From Acidobacteriota bacterium (GTDB lineage: Bacteria; Acidobacteriota; UBA6911; RPQK01; JAJDTT01), in assembly GCA_965217775.1 (NCBI GenBank), contig CBDCJH010000002.1:3584001-3648000 (forward strand): a stretch of 64,000 bases of DNA. The letters are read 5' to 3'. Under the pieces are notes generated by a model. It was not told where the DNA came from. It searched no databases and saw only the letters and a list, made by a program, of their open reading frames with translations. Both the position numbers and the translations under genes were made by a program. This document shows, piece after piece, positions 58,850-64,000 of the stretch (positions are counted from its first letter, which is position 1; every line of letters begins with the position of its first letter).

Positions 58850-59428
58850 ATGGTTTTGACTGCATCGACCATGTTGGGTCTCGGCATCGAGGCCCCGGAT
58901 TTCCAGTTGCCGGACGTGACCACGGGTGAAACCGTCTCGCTGGACAGCTTCTCGGGGAACAAGGCCCTGTTGGTCATGTTCATCTGCAAACACTGTCCCT
59001 ACGTGGTCCATGTCCAGGAGGAGCTGGCCCGGCTGGGGAACGAGTACCAGGCCCGGGACGTGGGCGTGGTGGCCATCGGCGCCAACGACGTGGACGCCTA
59101 CCCGGGAGACGCCCCCGGCGAGCTGAAGAGCATGGCTCAGGAGCATGGGTTCCAGTTCCCCTATTGCTTCGATGAGACCCAGGAGATCGCCCAGGCCTAT
59201 ACGGCGGCCTGCACGCCGGACTTCTTCCTCTTCGACCAGGACCGGCGCCTGGCCTATCGGGGTCAGTTGGACGACAGCCGGCCGGGAACCGGCACGCCGG
59301 TGACCGGCGAAGACCTGAGAGGGGCCCTCGACACGGTTCTGGCCGGGGACACCCCCGATCCGGAACAGCGGCCCAGCCTGGGTTGCAACATCAAATGGAA
59401 GCCGGGCAACGAACCGGCCTATTTCTGA
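58850..59428 (+). CDS. Thioredoxin/AhpC-TSA family protein
   Basis: APDFQL, MFICKHCPYV, AACTPDFF, YRGQLDD and SLGCNIKW motifs. Confidence 0.93.
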   Translation: MVLTASTMLGLGIEAPDFQLPDVTTGETVSLDSFSGNKALLVMFICKHCPYVVHVQEELARLGNEYQARDVGVVAIGANDVDAYPGDAPGELKSMAQEHGFQFPYCFDETQEIAQAYTAACTPDFFLFDQDRRLAYRGQLDDSRPGTGTPVTGEDLRGALDTVLAGDTPDPEQRPSLGCNIKWKPGNEPAYF

Positions 59429-60864
59429 GGCTGATCCGAACCTGATTCGGGTGCCGGCGGTCGACCGGCCGGTCGATCCGGTCCACTTTCGCCGACGCGC
59501 TTCAGGCCCTCTTGAGCGTACCGGTTGCCGGGATTCAGACCCACGGCGCGGCCGTAGTGGGCCCGGGCTCCGGCCCGGTCCCCCTCCAACTCTGACAAGT
59601 ATCCCAGGGCAGCCCAATTGTAGTCGTCTTCCGGGTCGAGGGACACCGCGGCCCGGAACGACTCACCCGCCTCCCCGACTTGGCCTTCCCGGAGCAGAGC
59701 GACTCCGAGGTTGTAGTGCGGCCGCGACTTTCCGGGACTCTTGGCCACCGTGTCGCGCCAGAGTAAAAGGTCGTCGTTCCAGATCCGGTTGCGCGCCAGC
59801 GTCGGCGGAATCGTAAGTGCCGCCAGGATCCCGATGCCCACCCATTGGGCCCGGTTCGGCCAACGGCTTTCCGGCCGGCGGTGAAGCAAGAGCCAGGCTG
59901 GCATCAGGGAGAAACCGGCCACTGGCAAGTAGAGCCGCGTCTCACTGAAGGGATCCAGGTTGGGCAGGACCCAGGTCGGCAGGCTGAAGGCCAGGACCCA
60001 GAGCAGACCGACCCCCAGTGGGGTACGGAGCCGGCGCGAGCCCAGCAGCCCCATCACCGCGGTGAGGATTGCAGCTGCCGAGATGACCGTCAAAAGCAGC
60101 TGCGGCTCCGGGACCTGATGGTCCAGGTTCAGGTTGGCCGGCCATAGAAAGAGTCCCAGACCCTTCCAGAACATCACCGGTTGCAGCAGCCAGTAGCCGG
60201 CCGGGTCGGGATGGTTCCATGCCATTCCCGCCGGCGAGTACTTGACCAGCGACCAAGCAAGGGCCAACCCGTTGGCCAAGGTCAAACCGGCCCACCATCT
60301 CCATCGATCCCGATTCAAAACCCAGAGAAATGGGAGCAGCATGGCAGCTTCGGCACGGCTCCAGAGGGCCAGTTGGAAGCAGAGGACGGCGGCCCAGGGG
60401 CGGCGCGTGGCCAGCAGGAGAGCCCCCAGACCGAAGCCGCTCATGAGCAGAACCGAGCGGGCCCAGACGTAGTTCACGGCCTGCGTCTGCAGCGGATGAA
60501 GACCGAACAGCAGCGACGTGGCCAGGGCCAAGCCCGGCTGTCGGAACCGCTCCAGGATCAGAAGGAAGAGGAGCAACACGACCGCCAGATGGAGCAGGAC
60601 GCTCGCCAGGTGAAAAGCCCAGGGCTGAGCACCCGCGATCAGGTAGTTCAGATGGAAGGTCCAGAGTGTCAAGGGCCGGCCGCCGTACTGTTCCAGGAAA
60701 GTCCCGTAGTCGAAGCGCTCGGTCACCAGGGGGCTTTCCAGGATCAGCGCGTAGTCGTCGAAGTGGAAGGCCGCCGGAAAGGAGTTGAGATAGACGGCAC
60801 CGGTGACCAGCACGAGTGCCACCGCCGCAAGTCTCGTACCGCCTTGAGAATCCACGAGCCCCAT
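59419..60864 (-). CDS. TMTC-like GT-C fold membrane glycosyltransferase with C-terminal TPRs
   Basis: FHFDD, RPLT, HPLQTQAV..VWARS, ETRLYLP and RNRIW motifs, then TPR repeats; start uncertain. Confidence 0.85.
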   Translation of the reverse strand: MGLVDSQGGTRLAAVALVLVTGAVYLNSFPAAFHFDDYALILESPLVTERFDYGTFLEQYGGRPLTLWTFHLNYLIAGAQPWAFHLASVLLHLAVVLLLFLLILERFRQPGLALATSLLFGLHPLQTQAVNYVWARSVLLMSGFGLGALLLATRRPWAAVLCFQLALWSRAEAAMLLPFLWVLNRDRWRWWAGLTLANGLALAWSLVKYSPAGMAWNHPDPAGYWLLQPVMFWKGLGLFLWPANLNLDHQVPEPQLLLTVISAAAILTAVMGLLGSRRLRTPLGVGLLWVLAFSLPTWVLPNLDPFSETRLYLPVAGFSLMPAWLLLHRRPESRWPNRAQWVGIGILAALTIPPTLARNRIWNDDLLLWRDTVAKSPGKSRPHYNLGVALLREGQVGEAGESFRAAVSLDPEDDYNWAALGYLSELEGDRAGARAHYGRAVGLNPGNRYAQEGLKRVGESGPDRPAGRPPAPESGSDQPQK

Positions 60865-60922
60865 ATTATGGTCCGGCACCGCCTTTACCCCACCCGGCGG
60901 GTGGCCTTTTTGGGCGGGAGGG

Positions 60923-61110
60923 AAAACTTTCTTGTCGCCTGCTGGAGGGGCGACTTTCTTGTCGCCCACTGGGACAGGCGGCATTCTTGCCGCCTGCTCT
61001 TCTGTGTTGCTGCGTAATTCGGCGGCCGGAAAGTGTACAGTGGGGACTCCGTCCCCCCTGCCCCCCCCTGATCGGGGACAGGAATGTCCCCGCTCCCAGG
61101 GCGACAAGAA
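60923..61110. repeat. Cluster of REP-like GC-rich hairpins sharing a 6-nt loop (A/T)TTC(C/T)T
   Basis: GGGCGAC-TTTCTT-GTCGCCC (60948-60967); CAGGCGGC-ATTCTT-GCCGCCTG (60975-60996); inverted CGGGGAC-AGGAAT-GTCCCCG (61073-61092); half copies at 60923-60939 and 61099-61110. Confidence 0.8.
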
Positions 61111-62258
61111 GTCACGGTAGGAACGGCAGTTTCCTGCCGCCCCCCGCACAGATCCGGACGTGCCCGTTAAGGCATCCGGCTCCTACCTTGGGTGTGGACG
61201 GCCAGCGGAACCGCTGCCCCGGCCACGGGTGACGGATCTTCACGGATGGCCAGAGCAATTCCGTCATCCGTCGCAACCGTCCCCAACTGAAGCGGTCGCG
61301 TTGGGACCGGCGGCGCAAGGCTCGCAGCCACCGCCGTTGCAGCAGATAGCAGAAACCTCGCAGCCAGCGCGTACTCCCCGGAACCGCAAAATAGTTCAGC
61401 CAGCCGTTCAGGACCCGGCTCAACCATTTCCCGACCTCCCAGTGATCCGCGTGCCGTTGTCTCCACAGCCTCTCCCCCACCCGTCGCAGGGTCCGGTTCA
61501 TCCGTTTCGCGCTTGGCTTCCGCCCCAGCCGGAAGCGTCCCTTCCGGGTCTTCGCACAGTAGTGCGTGAACCCCAGAAAGTCGAACGTCTCCGGTTTCCG
61601 CTCCCCGCGTCGTCGCCGATCCGCTGCCGCAAATCGTCCGAACTCCACCAGTCGCGTCTTTTCCGGGTGCAGTTCCAGCCCGAACTCGGCGCACCGTTCC
61701 CCCAGGTCTCGGAGAAACCGTTTCGCGTCCGCCCGTCTCTGGAATCCGGCCACGAAGTCGTCCGCATATCGCACCAGGATCGCTTCGCCTTTTGGGACTC
61801 GTGGGCGCCACGTCCGATGGAACCACTGGTCCAGCACGTAGTGCAGGTACACGTTAGCCATGACCGGGGAGACGATGGCGCCCTGAGGCGTCCCTTTCCC
61901 CGTGTCCGACCAGGTCCCATCTTCCATCACCCCGGCGTTCAGCCACTTGCGCAGCAGCCGCAGCACCCGCCGGTCTCCGATCCGCCGTTCCACGAACCGC
62001 AGCAGCCGGTCCCGGTCGATGGCATCGAAAAACGTCCGAATGTCCGCGTCCACGATCCAGTTGACTTTCCGCCGTTCGATCCCGTAGGCCAGTGCATCCA
62101 GCGCGTCATGCGCCTTCCGTCCGGGCCGGAACCCGTAGCTGAGCCCGAGAAACTCCGCCTCGTAAATCGGCGTCAGGAGCTCGTCCACGACTGCCTTCTG
62201 GAGGATCTTGTCCTCCAGCGCGGCCACGCCGAGCGGTCGTGTCCTTCCATCCGGCTTT
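61111..62258 (-). mobile_element. 5'-truncated group II intron (RT/maturase remnant plus domains V-VI)
   Basis: Domain V GAGCCGGATGCC-TTAAC-GGGCACGTCCGGATC and domain VI ending CCTACCGTGAC at 61111. The RT starts abruptly at KPDGRTRPLG after an in-frame TAA. Confidence 0.9.
61112..62257 (-). pseudogene. ltrA: Group II intron reverse transcriptase/maturase lacking its N-terminus (class E-like from recall)
   Basis: SYGFRPGR, DADIRTFFD, GTPQG, RYADD, LHPEKTRLVEFGRFA and FDFLGFTH motifs; RT0 missing; no endonuclease domain. Confidence 0.88.
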
Positions 62259-62294
62259 TAGCCTGGCGCACAGTCGCCGCTCCACACCGCGAGT

Positions 62295-62323
62295 TTGACA
62301 CGTATTGGGGGCTTCGCTATCGT
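62295..62323 (+). promoter_or_regulatory. Sigma70-like promoter
   Basis: TTGACA-17 nt-TATCGT upstream of the PIG-L-family gene. Confidence 0.6.
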
Positions 62324-62443
62324 GAGTCCTCCCCGGCGACCGGCCATCCTGGGCTACGTTCATCCCAGATTGAACCGACGGGTCCGGGAGAACTCGCGGA
62401 CGCTGGCGCTCCAGTCCGCTGGAACCGAGTCAGGAGAATCCAA

Positions 62444-63241
62444 ATGACAGACGGAAAGACCAAGACCCTGCTCGTCATCACGGCCCACCCGGCCGACGCC
62501 TTCGATCTGGCCGGAGGCACCATCGCCCTGCACCGGCAACGCGGAGACCAGGTGCACGTGGCTTCCGTGACCCACGGAGCCCGCTCCCACGCCCCCAGCA
62601 TCTACGACGACAAACAGGAGGCTCTGGACGAGGCGGCAGAGGCCCGGCTGCTCCAGGAGATCATCCAGGAGAAGAAGCAGGAGTTCGAAGCCGCCGCCCG
62701 GGCGGTCGACGCCACCGCGACCCACTTCCTGGGAGAAGACGACGAGCCCTTCGTGGCCACTCGCAGCACCATCCTGCGCTTGGCGGAGCTCTACCGGACG
62801 GTCCGGCCCGACATCCTGATCACCCATCACCGCACCGAGCAGAACCATCACGACCACCCGGCCGTGGGAGACGCCTCTGTCCGGGCCATTGTCACCGCCG
62901 CGCGGTGGTTGGAGGGTTCGCGGCTGGAGCCTTACGACGTGCCGACCGTCTACTACTACGGCACCCAGGACCGGCGCGACGTGCGGATCAACCGCGGCAC
63001 GGTCGGCGTGGCGGCGACCCACATCATGGATATCGAGAGCGTGGTCGACCAGAAGCGGGAGGCGCTCAAGGCCTTCGCTACCCAGAAGTACCAGGGTAAG
63101 GGTTACTCGACACCTGAGTACCTGAACCGCCGCTTGGAGAGCGTCGAGGGCCACTACGGCCTCTTCAGCGGGTGCCGCTACGCCGAAGAGTTCATCGCCC
63201 GCGGGCCCCACGTGACGCGGCTGCTACCCTCGGTCCGCTGA
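62444..63241 (+). CDS. PIG-L/LmbE-family metalloenzyme
   Basis: LLVITAHPAD, VTHG, RPDILITH, HHDH, KREALKAFATQ and YAEEF motifs; ATG 62444 with RBS AGGAG. Confidence 0.88.
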   Translation: MTDGKTKTLLVITAHPADAFDLAGGTIALHRQRGDQVHVASVTHGARSHAPSIYDDKQEALDEAAEARLLQEIIQEKKQEFEAAARAVDATATHFLGEDDEPFVATRSTILRLAELYRTVRPDILITHHRTEQNHHDHPAVGDASVRAIVTAARWLEGSRLEPYDVPTVYYYGTQDRRDVRINRGTVGVAATHIMDIESVVDQKREALKAFATQKYQGKGYSTPEYLNRRLESVEGHYGLFSGCRYAEEFIARGPHVTRLLPSVR

Positions 63242-63415
63242 CTCGAACGGGGAGATTACCAGTAGTCAGGGGGCTGCTACGTGGAATACTTGTGGAATTG
63301 GTCAGTCCAGTCACCGCGCTCAAGTTACAATGCAGAACCTTCAAGAGTTTCAGCGACCATACAGCGTGGAGATGACTTCGCTCATGGCAGCCAGACTTGC
63401 TAACAGGCCGTGGAA

Positions 63416-63682
63416 TCAGGCCGCTTCGCTCTCTTTGCGCAGTCGTGCTTGTGCCAAGTCGTAGGCCGCTTGTAGGCGCATCCAGAAATCGGCATTCGAC
63501 CAACCCATCGCTTCGAGCTTCAAGGCCATCTCAGGTGAAATCCCCGCCTTTCCGTTCAGCACGCGGGAAAGAGTGACCCGGGCCACGCCCAGCTTCTCTG
63601 CTGCCTCCGTGATACTAAGTCCCGCTGCTGTACAATCTTGTATGAGACCACGTCCGGGATGGGGTGGGTTCTTCATCGGCAT
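63416..63682 (-). CDS. higA: HigA antitoxin (XRE HTH)
   Basis: MKNPPHPG...[42 protein letters not shown]. Confidence 0.95.
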   Translation of the reverse strand: MPMKNPPHPGRGLIQDCTAAGLSITEAAEKLGVARVTLSRVLNGKAGISPEMALKLEAMGWSNADFWMRLQAAYDLAQARLRKESEAA

Positions 63683-63695
63683 TCCACCAGTCCTC

Positions 63696-63974
63696 CTAAT
63701 GGTAGTCGATCAGGTCCACGTCAAAGACATCGCCTGCCTCAAAGCGGAATATGATCCGCATGTTGGCAGAAACCCGAACACTCCAGAAGCCCTGCAGATT
63801 CCCCTTGAGCGGGTGCAGCCGGTAGCCTGGAGTGTTCAGGTCCTTCGTACCGACGGCCACATCAAGGCGGGAGAGGATCTCCTCGATCCGTCCGACTTGA
63901 TCGGGCCGTAGCTTGCTTTTGTCGCCCCGCTCAAATAGCCGCTTCAAGCCTCGGTGCCGCAACGTCCTGAGCAC
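63696..63974 (-). CDS. higB: HigB toxin (RelE/ParE family)
   Basis: [12 protein letters not shown]...[34 protein letters not shown]; toxin gene precedes antitoxin gene. Confidence 0.95.
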   Translation of the reverse strand: MLRTLRHRGLKRLFERGDKSKLRPDQVGRIEEILSRLDVAVGTKDLNTPGYRLHPLKGNLQGFWSVRVSANMRIIFRFEAGDVFDVDLIDYH

Positions 63975-63980
63975 TTGCGA

Positions 63981-63996
63981 ATTGTATCGTTATACG
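63981..63996 (-). promoter_or_regulatory. higBA -10 element overlapped by an inverted repeat (putative HigA operator)
   Basis: TACAAT lies 6 nt before the GTG start; GTAT-CGTT-ATAC palindrome at 63984-63995. Confidence 0.5.
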
Positions 63997-64000
63997 ACTC

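Noticed and set aside
60923-61110. CRISPR array
   Set aside because: The repeats are non-identical, irregularly spaced and in both orientations, and there are no cas genes.
61112-62257. Retron, DGR or defence-associated RT
   Set aside because: The motifs and the adjacent domain V/VI RNA identify a group II intron.
61160-62443. Apparent long N-terminal extension of the PIG-L gene
   Set aside because: It is antisense to the intron RT, and a promoter and RBS support the start at 62444.

Overview
GC-rich bacterial chromosomal segment. An Oar-type outer-membrane barrel and its neighbour suggest an Acidobacteriota-like host (inference). Housekeeping and metabolic content: a CoxMSL/Xdh-family molybdoenzyme, pcm, nagA, recQ, asd, a cyclophilin, ftcD, rplU-rpmA-obgE-nadD-rsfS-dksA-comF, trkAH, gltA and nadA. 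Accessory elements: a truncated Fic/antitoxin pair, a REP-associated tyrosine transposase, a 5'-truncated group II intron abutting a REP-like hairpin cluster, and higBA. Two candidate uncharacterised systems stand out. (1) A tightly coupled 7-gene operon (28520-35473) encodes an orphan GlmL/MutL-type ASKHA ATPase, a barrel-sandwich/KOW protein and four membrane proteins, with no B12 mutase nearby. (2) A low-GC island (~38300-46150) encodes a ~2000-aa STAND-type ATPase plus a 371-aa partner ending in a HEPN-like RNxxxH motif, a candidate anti-phage system. All family calls come from motif recognition by eye; no database searches were run.
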